Made by a program: the position numbers and the translations under genes
Source of the DNA: Lachnospiraceae bacterium
GTDB lineage: Bacteria > Bacillota > Clostridia > Lachnospirales > Lachnospiraceae
DNA length: 41,314 nucleotides
Assembly: GCA_021202815.1 (NCBI GenBank)
Contig: JAJQCG010000041.1
Location: forward strand, 1 to 41,314
Direction: 5' to 3'
Shown: piece after piece, positions 1-10,201 of the stretch
Layout of the letters: every line of letters begins with the position of its first letter
Numbering within the stretch: position 1 is the stretch's first letter
The notes under the pieces: model-generated
Seen by the model: the letters and a program-made list of their open reading frames with translations, nothing else
Databases searched by the model: none
Told to the model about the DNA's origin: nothing

Positions 1-1
1 T

Positions 2-469
2 TCGCGCTGCGAGCTCACGAAGGGATTTCTCTCCCAGTTGGAACGCAACCTCACGATGCCGAGCATCACGACGCTGGACGACATCCTGGAGGCTCTGGGC
101 AGCAATCTGTCCGAATTTTTCCGCGAGGAGGAGGAGCCGCAGATCGTCTTCGGCGCGAACGACTTCTTTGTCGACGAGCGCGAGGACTACACGATCGAGT
201 GGATCATCCCGAACGCGCAGAAGAATCAGATGGAACCAATCCTCCTGACGCTCGCGCCGCACAAGAAGAGCCAGATCCAGCAGGCCTTCCAGGGCGAGGC
301 TTTCGGCTACGTGCTGAAGGGCAGCGTGACGCTGTTGCGCGGCGGCAAAAAATACAGGCTGAAGGCGCACGAGACCTTCTATGTGAACGGCGCGCAGAGC
401 CATTATCTCTACAATCAGGGAAACTCCGAAGCAAAAATACTGTGGATCACCACACCTCCTATGTTCTGA
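2..469 (+). CDS. XRE-HTH plus cupin transcriptional regulator (PuuR-like), 5'-truncated by window edge
   Basis: Frame is open from base 2 ([28 protein letters not shown] helix-turn-helix), followed by a cupin domain (MEPILLTL...[10 protein letters not shown]); directly upstream of potA. Confidence 0.85.
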   Translation, partial: SRCELTKGFLSQLERNLTMPSITTLDDILEALGSNLSEFFREEEEPQIVFGANDFFVDEREDYTIEWIIPNAQKNQMEPILLTLAPHKKSQIQQAFQGEAFGYVLKGSVTLLRGGKKYRLKAHETFYVNGAQSHYLYNQGNSEAKILWITTPPMF

Positions 470-485
470 GAAAGGAAGTGCGATT

Positions 486-2063
<1,578 letters not shown>

Positions 2064-2066
2064 ACT

Positions 2067-2912
2067 ATGAAACGATTTTCGAAGCTCGCGATACCCTACA
2101 TCGCATGGGCAGCGCTGATGCTGCTGCTCCCGATGTTGCTGATCGCCGTCTACTCCTTTACGGATCAGGGCAACAGCATCATCCCCTTTACCTTTACGCT
2201 GGACAATTATGTGAAATTTTTCACCGATCCGGATTTCCTGCTGATTCTCTGGCGCTCGATCCTGATCGCGCTCAAGACGACCGTGCTCTGTCTGCTGCTG
2301 GGCTATCCGATCGCCTATTTCATCGCGCGCTGTGAGGAAAAAACGCAGAACCTCCTGATCCTCTGCATCACCTTTCCGATGTGGATCAACATGCTGGTCC
2401 GCACCTACGCCTGGATCGGACTCCTGAGTGAGGGCGGTCTCGTACAGCGCGTGCTCAGCCTGCTCGGCCTCGCCGACGGAGAGCTGCTGTACACGGAGGG
2501 CGCGGTGCTGCTCGGCATGGTCTACAACTTCCTGCCCTTCATGATCCTGCAGATCCAGACCTCGCTCTCTAAGATGGACTATGCCCTTCTGGACGCCAGC
2601 GCGGATCTCGGCGCGAGCCCGCGCCAGACCTTCCGTCTCGTCACGCTGCCGCTCTCCATGCCCGGCGTCGTGAACGGCATCACGCTCGTATTTCTGCCCG
2701 CGGTCAGCTCCTTCTTCATTCCGAAGATGCTGGGCGGCGGACAGTATTTCCTCATCGGAAATATGATCGAAAATCAATTTATCACCGTCGGGGAATGGAA
2801 CTTTGGCAGCGCGATCGCCATCATTATGGCGGTCATCATGATGTGCCTGATGATGCTCGTACGGCGAATCGAGGCACGAAATGAGGGCGGAAAGGGGGAA
2901 CGGCCACAATGA
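2067..2912 (+). CDS. potB: Spermidine/putrescine ABC transporter permease
   Basis: Hydrophobic; PMWINMLVRTYAW, GMVYNFLPFMILQI, EAA loop DASADLGA. Confidence 0.92.
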   Translation: MKRFSKLAIPYIAWAALMLLLPMLLIAVYSFTDQGNSIIPFTFTLDNYVKFFTDPDFLLILWRSILIALKTTVLCLLLGYPIAYFIARCEEKTQNLLILCITFPMWINMLVRTYAWIGLLSEGGLVQRVLSLLGLADGELLYTEGAVLLGMVYNFLPFMILQIQTSLSKMDYALLDASADLGASPRQTFRLVTLPLSMPGVVNGITLVFLPAVSSFFIPKMLGGGQYFLIGNMIENQFITVGEWNFGSAIAIIMAVIMMCLMMLVRRIEARNEGGKGERPQ

Positions 2913-4801
2913 GACAGAAGAAACGCCCGGTCGGAAAATTTATGATGGCGGCGTCCATCTGCTTTTTCTACCTTCCCATCCTGTATATTGTCGTCTTCTC
3001 TTTCAATGAGAGCAAGTCACTGACGAACTTCACCGGCTTCTCACTGCGCTGGTATCTGCACATGCTCGAGTCACACGGCATGATGAGCGCGCTCTACACG
3101 ACCTTCAGCGTCGCGATTCTCGCCACGCTGATCTCGACCGTCGTCGGCACGCTTGCTGCGATCGGCGTCAGCAGTTCGCGCAAGATCATCCGCGATCTCA
3201 TGGAGCAGGTCAACAATCTCCCGATCATGAATCCAGAGATCGTGACGGCGATCGGCCTCATGCTGCTCTTCATCACCTTCCAGATTGAGCGCGGCTACAC
3301 CACGATGCTGCTCGCACACATCGCCTTCTGCATCCCCTATGTGATGCTGTCGGTCACGCCAAAGATCCGCACGCTCGACCCGAATCTGGCCGACGCGGCA
3401 ATGGACCTGGGCGCGAGTCCTTTTCAGGCGCTGACGAAGGTCGTCGTACCGCAGATCATGCCCGGCATCATCTCCGGCGCATTGATTGCCTTCACGATGT
3501 CGATCGACGACTTCGTCATCTCCTACTTCGTGACCGGACAGGGCGTGCGGAATATCAGCATCCTGGTCTACACGATGAGCAAACGCGTGAACCCGAGTAT
3601 CAACGCGCTCTCGACGCTCGTCATCCTGATTATCACGCTGGTCATGGTGTTGGTCAACGTACTCCCGCTGATCGCGAAGAAACGGGAGGGACGGGATGAG
3701 CTGACACCGCGCTGGATGGTTGTGCCCGCGGCCGCCGTGCTGTGCGCCGTCGTGGCCGTCGCCGCGCTCTTCTCAGCCCGGCAGACGGATACGGGGCTTC
3801 CCTACGCGGGGCAGACGCTGCACATCTACAACTGGGGCGAGTACACCGGCGAAAACATTTTAAGTGATTTTGAGGAGGAAACCGGAGCGACCGTCATCAT
3901 GGAAAATTTCGACTCCAATGAGCAGATGTACATCAAGGTCGCGAACGGCGAGTCCTACGATATCCTCGTGCCGAGCGACTATATGATCCAGCGGCTGATC
4001 GAGGAGGGCTACCTGCAGGAGCTCGACGACACCCTGCTGGACTGCTGGGACAAGCTCGACGAAAACTGCCTTGACCTCTCCTACGACCCTGGCAACGTGT
4101 ATTCCGTCCCCTACTTCTGGGGCACGGTCGGCATCGTGTACGATACGACCGTCGTCGACCTCGAGGATCTGGAAACGGAAGGATTCAATATCTTTCTCGA
4201 TGAGAAATATAAGGGCGATATCTACCTCTACGACTCAGAGCGCGATTCCTTCATGATGGCGCTCAAGGCGCTAGGCTACTCGATGAACACCGAAGATGAA
4301 GCCGAAACCCAGGAAGCCTACGAATGGCTCGTGCAGTGCGTGCAAACGATGGAGCCGGAGATCGTCACCGACGAGATCATCGACAACATGGCGCAGGGCC
4401 GCAAGGCGCTCGGCCTGGTCTACTCCGGCGACGCGGCCTACATCATGGCTGAAAATGAAGATATGGGCTTCTACCTGCCGGAGAGCGGCACGAACCTCTG
4501 GACCGACGCGATGGTCATCCCCGCGAACGCGCAGAACGTAGAACTCGCGCACGTCTTCATCAATTATGTCTGCGACTACGACGGCGCTTACGACAATTCG
4601 AGCTACGTGGGCTACACTTCCCCGAACGCGGAAGTCATGGCCGATCTCTCCGGCGAGGGCGGCGATTACGAAGGCATCAACGCCTACCTCCCACGCACGG
4701 ATAACGAGAACGACGAAGTCTTCGTCTACAATGAGAATACAAAAAAGACGCTCGCCAATCTCTGGAGCAAGGTCAAGATCGAGGCGAGCAACGCGAACTG
4801 A
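2909..4801 (+). CDS. potCD: Fused PotC permease and PotD polyamine-binding protein
   Basis: N-terminal PotC (YLPILYIVVFSFN, DAAMDLGA, FTMSIDDF); C-terminal PotD (LHIYNWGEY, FDSNEQMY, PSDYMI, VPYFWGTVGI); ATGA overlap with potB. Confidence 0.9.
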   Translation: MRQKKRPVGKFMMAASICFFYLPILYIVVFSFNESKSLTNFTGFSLRWYLHMLESHGMMSALYTTFSVAILATLISTVVGTLAAIGVSSSRKIIRDLMEQVNNLPIMNPEIVTAIGLMLLFITFQIERGYTTMLLAHIAFCIPYVMLSVTPKIRTLDPNLADAAMDLGASPFQALTKVVVPQIMPGIISGALIAFTMSIDDFVISYFVTGQGVRNISILVYTMSKRVNPSINALSTLVILIITLVMVLVNVLPLIAKKREGRDELTPRWMVVPAAAVLCAVVAVAALFSARQTDTGLPYAGQTLHIYNWGEYTGENILSDFEEETGATVIMENFDSNEQMYIKVANGESYDILVPSDYMIQRLIEEGYLQELDDTLLDCWDKLDENCLDLSYDPGNVYSVPYFWGTVGIVYDTTVVDLEDLETEGFNIFLDEKYKGDIYLYDSERDSFMMALKALGYSMNTEDEAETQEAYEWLVQCVQTMEPEIVTDEIIDNMAQGRKALGLVYSGDAAYIMAENEDMGFYLPESGTNLWTDAMVIPANAQNVELAHVFINYVCDYDGAYDNSSYVGYTSPNAEVMADLSGEGGDYEGINAYLPRTDNENDEVFVYNENTKKTLANLWSKVKIEASNAN

Positions 4802-4822
4802 TCGCGAATCCGACACAAGATT

Positions 4823-4860
4823 AAAAGCGCAGGGGAAATGATCTGCCCCTGCGCTTTTTT
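4823..4860. terminator. Bidirectional intrinsic terminator
   Basis: AAAAGCGCAGGGG-10 nt-CCCCTGCGCTTTTTT between convergent potCD and pfkB-family gene. Confidence 0.9.
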
Positions 4861-4867
4861 CTGTCTT

Positions 4868-5875
4868 TTATTTGTATTGTCCTGCAAGCTCCAATACCTG
4901 CTCCGCGGACATCATTCCCTCCGTCGCGCCCGGGCAGGCCAGTGAGGCCGCCGCCGCACAGGTGCCGAGAAGAATGCTCTCCTCCAGACTCTGCTTTTTC
5001 TGCGCGCCGTAGAGTACGCCCGCGCAGAAGGCGTCACCCGCTCCCACGGTTCCCTTTATGTAGCCCTTCGGCAGTTGAAGACTGTCTACCTGAACGAAGC
5101 GGTCCGTCTCATCCAGGCCCCAGCCGCCCTCCGGGCAATGGATCACCGCCCAGGTGGATACGCCGAGCTCCTTCATCTTCCGAAGCGCCGTCTCCATATT
5201 TTCCGGATACAGCTTCTCTTTCTCGTCGCGGAGAAGGACGCTGGTAATCTGCTGCGCCTCCAGCTCATTGATCACACAGTAGTCCGTGTAGCGCAGCGCC
5301 GGGGGAACCAGCGTCTGAAAACGATCACCCGTCTCCGTCACCACGTCGATAGAGGTCTTCAGGCCGCGTCTCTGAGCCTCGGCCAGAAGCTTCGCCATCT
5401 TCGTCCCATACTCCGCATCCGGCTCATCCAGCGCGTCCAGCAGCAGGATATAACCCACATGCAGCAGCTCCGCATCGATCTTGTCCCAGTCGATGCAGCT
5501 TTCGTCAAACACGGAATTCGCGCCGCGATACTGGAAAAAGGTGCGCGCCTTTGTCTGGTTGTCGCTCATCACCGCCGTGAAGGAGGTCTTCTTTTCCTTC
5601 TGGCGCTTCAGCAGGCTCAGATCAATGTTCTCATGCTTTCCCAGCTCCTCGAGAATGAAGTCGCCCTCGCTGTCCTCCCCGATCACGCCGAGCGTGGACA
5701 GCGGCAGCTCCCCGTCCAGCTTTGCCAGATCCACAATCACGTTACAGACAGCGCCTCCCGTCGAGTTCGCGATCCCGTCTGTGACCGTCGTCAGCTCGCC
5801 CTCGCGCGGCCAGCGCTCAATCGGATAGGTAATATCGACAATCAGATTCCCAGCTACGCAGATTCCTTTTCCCAT
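4868..5875 (-). CDS. PfkB-family carbohydrate kinase
   Basis: N-terminal GICVAGNLIVD, TGGAVCNV, and C-terminal PfkB signature GTVGAGDAFCAG. Confidence 0.9.
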   Translation of the reverse strand: MGKGICVAGNLIVDITYPIERWPREGELTTVTDGIANSTGGAVCNVIVDLAKLDGELPLSTLGVIGEDSEGDFILEELGKHENIDLSLLKRQKEKKTSFTAVMSDNQTKARTFFQYRGANSVFDESCIDWDKIDAELLHVGYILLLDALDEPDAEYGTKMAKLLAEAQRRGLKTSIDVVTETGDRFQTLVPPALRYTDYCVINELEAQQITSVLLRDEKEKLYPENMETALRKMKELGVSTWAVIHCPEGGWGLDETDRFVQVDSLQLPKGYIKGTVGAGDAFCAGVLYGAQKKQSLEESILLGTCAAAASLACPGATEGMMSAEQVLELAGQYK

Positions 5876-5973
5876 ACCATCAGAACTCCTTCTGTTTTTC
5901 TTTCTATTCTAATCGTTTTTCAGTGCATCGTCAAACGCAAAATCCGAAGTCCCAGGCTCCCGCTTCAGCGACT

Positions 5974-7008
5974 TTAAACGAGCCCCATCAGAAGCTTCAT
6001 CACATACAGCTCAAGCGACTCAAAGTCACGGTTCTCGACACATTTCTTCTGGAAATCATAGTCAAAGCGATCTACCTTCTCCTCCAGCGCCTTGAATACC
6101 TCCAGGCTCGTCTCCAGATGCTTGTAGCTGTCCGCGTCCGTCGTCGTCCGCATTGCCTTGACATCGAGGCCGACATACTCGCCGTGCTCGCCGTAGCCGT
6201 TCTCCTTGAGCACCTTGACCTGATTGAACGCGGAATGCAGATTCTCGACGCCGAAGCTCTTGTCCTGGTCGTACTTGAAGCCGTTCTGATCATTCAGGTA
6301 TACGGTCATCAGCTTGCCCATCGCGAGCGCAAATCCGATCTCATGCGCCGGATCGAGGCCTGCCAGCGTCGCGTGCGCGCTCTCGAGATTGCCGCCGACA
6401 CGGGACGGATCGATCGTCGCCGCCGATATCGCCATGACATGTCCCATCGTACCACAGATGCTGCGGTCGATCGGCTCATTGGGCTTCGGCTCGATGCAGA
6501 CGCGGATCTCCGGATCATACTCAAGCATCTTGTTGATGGCCTCGATCAGCATCTTCGTCGCCCAGACCGGGGACTTCTGCTCTGCGCAGAGCGTGCCCTC
6601 GCGGGCAAGCCACAGGACAACCATATTGCAGCCGAGCTCCTTCGCGATATCGATTGAACGATAGGATCTCCACATCGCGTACTCTCTGTCTTCCTCGCGG
6701 GTGCTCATATAACCGCCGTCGATCGTGTGCGGATCCATCCACAGGCGCGGTGCGACGAACTCTGCCGCCATCCCGTACTTGTCGAGCACCTTCTTTAGCT
6801 CACGCGCTTTCTCCTTGATCTCCTCCTCAGTGTAATCGTTGATGTTCGGAACTGCGTCGTCATCGTGGAACTGAACGGCAGAAAAGCCCATCTCGGAAAA
6901 CTTTTTGATCTTTTCCTCCATCGGGATATCTGCTCTGGTCGCCGGTTCATAGGAATCTGCTCCGGTATGTACGTTCCACGGACCTACTGAAAATCTGAAT
7001 TTTGACAT
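5974..7008 (-). CDS. Xylose isomerase-family TIM-barrel sugar isomerase (short class I type), substrate uncertain
   Basis: FSVGPWNV, FHDDD, IEPKPNEP, KYDQD motifs; RBS GGGAGG. Confidence 0.8.
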   Translation of the reverse strand: MSKFRFSVGPWNVHTGADSYEPATRADIPMEEKIKKFSEMGFSAVQFHDDDAVPNINDYTEEEIKEKARELKKVLDKYGMAAEFVAPRLWMDPHTIDGGYMSTREEDREYAMWRSYRSIDIAKELGCNMVVLWLAREGTLCAEQKSPVWATKMLIEAINKMLEYDPEIRVCIEPKPNEPIDRSICGTMGHVMAISAATIDPSRVGGNLESAHATLAGLDPAHEIGFALAMGKLMTVYLNDQNGFKYDQDKSFGVENLHSAFNQVKVLKENGYGEHGEYVGLDVKAMRTTTDADSYKHLETSLEVFKALEEKVDRFDYDFQKKCVENRDFESLELYVMKLLMGLV

Positions 7009-7060
7009 CTGTTACCTCCCCTGCCGTACTTTTCCCCGCATTTTTAAGGACAAATATCTT

Positions 7061-7462
7061 TTATAATACTTCTCTGGACTCCAGATACGCTCTGACCAGA
7101 CTGCCAAACTGTTCCGCATGCTCCATCTGCATCTTTGCGTCTTTCGCAGAAGCCACATAGAAATCCAGATAGTCCGCACTTTCCCTTTTCTCGGACGCCA
7201 GCTTGATCAGCTTCGACGCTTCCCTCGGGAATATGCCCGTCTTTACATAGTTCCGATTAAAATAAGCGATCACGCCGCTATGTTTGCTGCTGTCAAATCC
7301 ATCCAACGCACAGACAGAACGCAGCGCATGGAAAATAGAATAGTAAGAACGATTTAACACATTCTTGTAGCGTCCCGCCGCATACAGGACTCTTGCATCC
7401 TCCAGCGCTTCCAGACTGCACTCGTAGCGGTATTTCACCAGATCCTTCACGCTGCGCTCCAT
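7061..7462 (-). CDS. HEPN domain protein, putative toxin of an MNT-HEPN pair
   Basis: NRSYYSIFHA, KHSGVIAYF, RESADY (R-x4-Y); overlaps the upstream MNT gene. Confidence 0.88.
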   Translation of the reverse strand: MERSVKDLVKYRYECSLEALEDARVLYAAGRYKNVLNRSYYSIFHALRSVCALDGFDSSKHSGVIAYFNRNYVKTGIFPREASKLIKLASEKRESADYLDFYVASAKDAKMQMEHAEQFGSLVRAYLESREVL

Positions 7463-7995
7463 AATGTAATCCCTTCTTCCTTCACATTTCGATAAAACGG
7501 AAGGACATCACCCCACTCTTCGAAATGACCACGCTCAATCAGAAGCACGGACAGCACCTTTCCGCAATCCAGCTCAAGATCCACCGTCAAATCAATCATC
7601 CTGTCATGCATTTTCTCTGTATAGCCCCGGACAATCAGCGCAATATCGACGTCCGAATCCGCCGCCGCCGTCCCCCTCGCATAAGAACCGTACAAAACAA
7701 CGCGTTCCAGCTCCTTACCGAAAATTTCCTGAAAACCCGGGAGCATCCTTTCAAACACCTTCTGAAGACCGTCTGTCGCCGGCATTTCCAGAAGACTGTC
7801 GGCGGAGACATGCAGAGCATCTGCGATCCTCCTGATCTCCGCTGCATTGATAGCTTTTGCCCCGGCAATGATTTTACTCATAACCTGTTTGGAAATACCA
7901 AGCTCCTCCGCCAGAGACTGCTGCGTCCTGCCCTGTGCGGATAAAATGCTTCGAATATTACTGCCCACCTGTTCAAACAACATATGATCCATCAT
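7447..7995 (-). CDS. XRE-HTH fused to minimal nucleotidyltransferase (MNT antitoxin)
   Basis: HTH: RTQQSLAEELGISKQVMSKII; MNT: VVLYGSYARG...SDVDI...VKEEGI; start moved to ATG at 7995 behind GAGGAAAGAAAAGG. Confidence 0.85.
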   Translation of the reverse strand: MMDHMLFEQVGSNIRSILSAQGRTQQSLAEELGISKQVMSKIIAGAKAINAAEIRRIADALHVSADSLLEMPATDGLQKVFERMLPGFQEIFGKELERVVLYGSYARGTAAADSDVDIALIVRGYTEKMHDRMIDLTVDLELDCGKVLSVLLIERGHFEEWGDVLPFYRNVKEEGITLWSAA

Positions 7996-8031
7996 GCCTT
8001 TTCTTTCCTCACTCTGTATCTTCTTCACTGT

Positions 8032-8072
8032 ACTATAGTATATTTCACTCCGCAAGTCAACATTTTGTTGAC
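8032..8072 (-). promoter_or_regulatory. Sigma70/SigA promoter with palindromic operator over the -35
   Basis: Minus strand TTGACT (8060-8055)-17 bp-TATAGT (8037-8032); palindrome GTCAACA-TTT-TGTTGAC at 8056-8072. Confidence 0.75.
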
Positions 8073-8110
8073 AAAGCAATTTTTTATCGAGCAAACCCTC
8101 GCACAACATT

Positions 8111-8140
8111 AAAAAGGGGAACTGCTCAGCAGCCCCCTCT
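8111..8140 (-). terminator. Intrinsic terminator ending the mgl-like operon
   Basis: Minus strand AGAGGGGGCTGC-TGA-GCAGTTCCCCC followed by a T-run, just after the 8161 stop. Confidence 0.75.
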
Positions 8141-8160
8141 CATCTGGTTTTCTGTTTCTT

Positions 8161-8493
8161 CTATTTTTCAGTTTCTTCCGTACCAGCATTCTGGACGTCT
8201 TCGCCCGCTTCCTCAGGCTCTCCTGCTGCTTCCTCCGGCTGTTGCGCCTTTTTGGTCTCGTACTCCAGCTGGGCGTCGTAGCGCTCCTTCATCTGTTTGC
8301 CGCTGACATAGACGCCCAAGATAACCGCGGCGGCGCCGATCAACGTAAACGCGATGATTGCCACGATCATAATCGTTCTGTCCGAACCGGCATCCTCCAG
8401 ACCTTGAAAGAGCTGCCACGCGAGATAAAGAAGATAGGCGCCTGCGAGAGCGTAAATCGCAAACCGTGCACGGTTTCTGTTGTCTTCACTCAT
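8161..8493 (-). CDS. Small hypothetical membrane protein (2 TM, acidic tail)
   Basis: Two hydrophobic segments; RBS GGAGGAG; tightly packed in operon. Confidence 0.7.
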   Translation of the reverse strand: MSEDNRNRARFAIYALAGAYLLYLAWQLFQGLEDAGSDRTIMIVAIIAFTLIGAAAVILGVYVSGKQMKERYDAQLEYETKKAQQPEEAAGEPEEAGEDVQNAGTEETEK

Positions 8494-8500
8494 ATATCCG

Positions 8501-9109
8501 TCACTCCTCCGCTACCCAGCGCGCTGTGAGCACATGCTCGCCCGTCATCGTGACAGGCGTGTCCGCGCTGATGACCGCACCGCTGTAAACCCAGCCGTCA
8601 AAGCGACAGCCATCCTTTTCCGGAGTCGGAAGCCCCCCATAGGGCTCCCCATAGGTTACGGTCTGATCTTCGATAGATGCCGAACCCTCGTAAGTCCCGC
8701 CGTCCAGGTCGAATTTGACGACAATCTCCGCCGCCTCCCACACCGCATAAAGCGTCTGGTCGCCGGTCACCTCGTCGACGTCGAAATCCCACTCACTGGC
8801 GAAAGACTCGTCCTGCGAGGTCACCCAGCAGACGAGGACATAGCCCGGCTTCGTGACGTCCTGCGGCTCCTCGGCCAGCTCCCCGTACTTCAGAGTCTGC
8901 GTCTCGACCTCCGTGCCGCCGTCCGTCTCAAAGGTGACACGGTAGCCGCTGTGCGTCGCAAACCAGTACATCAGGAAAACCACCAGCAGAATCCCACCGA
9001 TGATCATCCCGTCGAGAATACGGATCGGGACGTCCTTGCTCCGATAGACGCCCCGTCCGAACCATGCTTTTTTTTCTGTGCTGTCTTTTTTCTCCGTGCT
9101 GTCAGCCAT
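8501..9109 (-). CDS. Membrane-anchored InlB B-repeat (Listeria-Bacteroides repeat) protein
   Basis: One TM segment then two repeats: YRVTFETDGG...TKPGY...W...TLYAVW and VKFDLDGG...PTPEKDGCRFDGW...LTARW. Confidence 0.8.
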   Translation of the reverse strand: MADSTEKKDSTEKKAWFGRGVYRSKDVPIRILDGMIIGGILLVVFLMYWFATHSGYRVTFETDGGTEVETQTLKYGELAEEPQDVTKPGYVLVCWVTSQDESFASEWDFDVDEVTGDQTLYAVWEAAEIVVKFDLDGGTYEGSASIEDQTVTYGEPYGGLPTPEKDGCRFDGWVYSGAVISADTPVTMTGEHVLTARWVAEE

Positions 9110-9115
9110 AGAGTC

Positions 9116-10186
9116 TTACTTTCTCACCAGATACTTTCTCATATCGATCGAGCAGGCAATCAGGATAATCATACCCTTGATAATGTACTGCAGGCTCGAG
9201 TTGATGGACAGGAACTGCAGCGCGACGAAGATGATGCGCAGCAGGAACACGCCCAGGATGATTCCGCTCACCTTACCGGTGCCGCCGACGAAGGATACGC
9301 CGCCGATAACGCAGGCCGCGATGGCGTCGCACTCATAGTTCTGACCCGTCGTAGACGTATTGGAACCGATACGCGCGGACTCGATGAATCCGGTCAGGCC
9401 GTACAGGCAGCCCGCAAAGGTATGTACCAAAATCGTGGTGCGCGCCACGTTGACACCGGACACGTTCGCCGCCTCCGGGCTGGAACCAACGGCGAACATA
9501 TTCTTGCCGAAGGTCGTCTTATTCCACATGAACCAGGTGATCGCCGCGATGATGATCGCGTACCACACATAGTTCGGGATCGCGACGCCGCCGACCTTCA
9601 CAATATTTCCGGTGACGAAATTCTTGAAGGAATCATCCAGGCCGGAGATCGGCTGGCCATTATTTCCGTTGATCATCAGATACAGCAGCAGCACGCCGTA
9701 GACGATCAGCTGCGTAGCCAGGGTCACAATGAACGGATGCAGCGAAAATCTCGCCACAAAGAAACCATTTACAAAACCGACGATACCGCCGACGATGATC
9801 ACAACGAGGATGACCAGCGCGATCGGCATGACCGGCAGGTTCGGGAAAATCTTCGTCGCGTAGGTCACCGACTGCAACAGGGACGCCGAGATACAGGCCG
9901 TCAGACCCACAACGCGGCCCGCGGAAAGGTCGGTACCTGTCAGCACGATACAGCCGGCGATACCACAGGCGATCGGGAGGCTGGCCGCCGACAGGGAAAT
10001 GATATTCACGATCGACGAGGTCGTCAGGAAACGGCTGTTGTTTATCTGCGTGTAGATAACGGCGATAATGATCAGGATGTAAATCGCGTTGTTGATCAGC
10101 GTTTCCTTCCAGAAATTTCTTTTCTCTTTGCTGTCCATCGCCTGATAGCTGGCGCGGCGCTCGGCCATTCTGTTCTTAAAATTCAT
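9116..10186 (-). CDS. mglC: Galactose/methyl-galactoside ABC transporter permease
   Basis: GTDLSAGRVVGL, LHPFIVTLA, FGKNMFAVG, YECDAIAACVIGGVSF. Confidence 0.85.
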   Translation of the reverse strand: MNFKNRMAERRASYQAMDSKEKRNFWKETLINNAIYILIIIAVIYTQINNSRFLTTSSIVNIISLSAASLPIACGIAGCIVLTGTDLSAGRVVGLTACISASLLQSVTYATKIFPNLPVMPIALVILVVIIVGGIVGFVNGFFVARFSLHPFIVTLATQLIVYGVLLLYLMINGNNGQPISGLDDSFKNFVTGNIVKVGGVAIPNYVWYAIIIAAITWFMWNKTTFGKNMFAVGSSPEAANVSGVNVARTTILVHTFAGCLYGLTGFIESARIGSNTSTTGQNYECDAIAACVIGGVSFVGGTGKVSGIILGVFLLRIIFVALQFLSINSSLQYIIKGMIILIACSIDMRKYLVRK

Positions 10187-10201
10187 TTTACGCTGCCTCC
10201 T

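Noticed and set aside
7996-8109. N-terminal extension of the XRE-MNT ORF
   Set aside because: Overlaps the promoter and operator; the RBS supports ATG at 7995.
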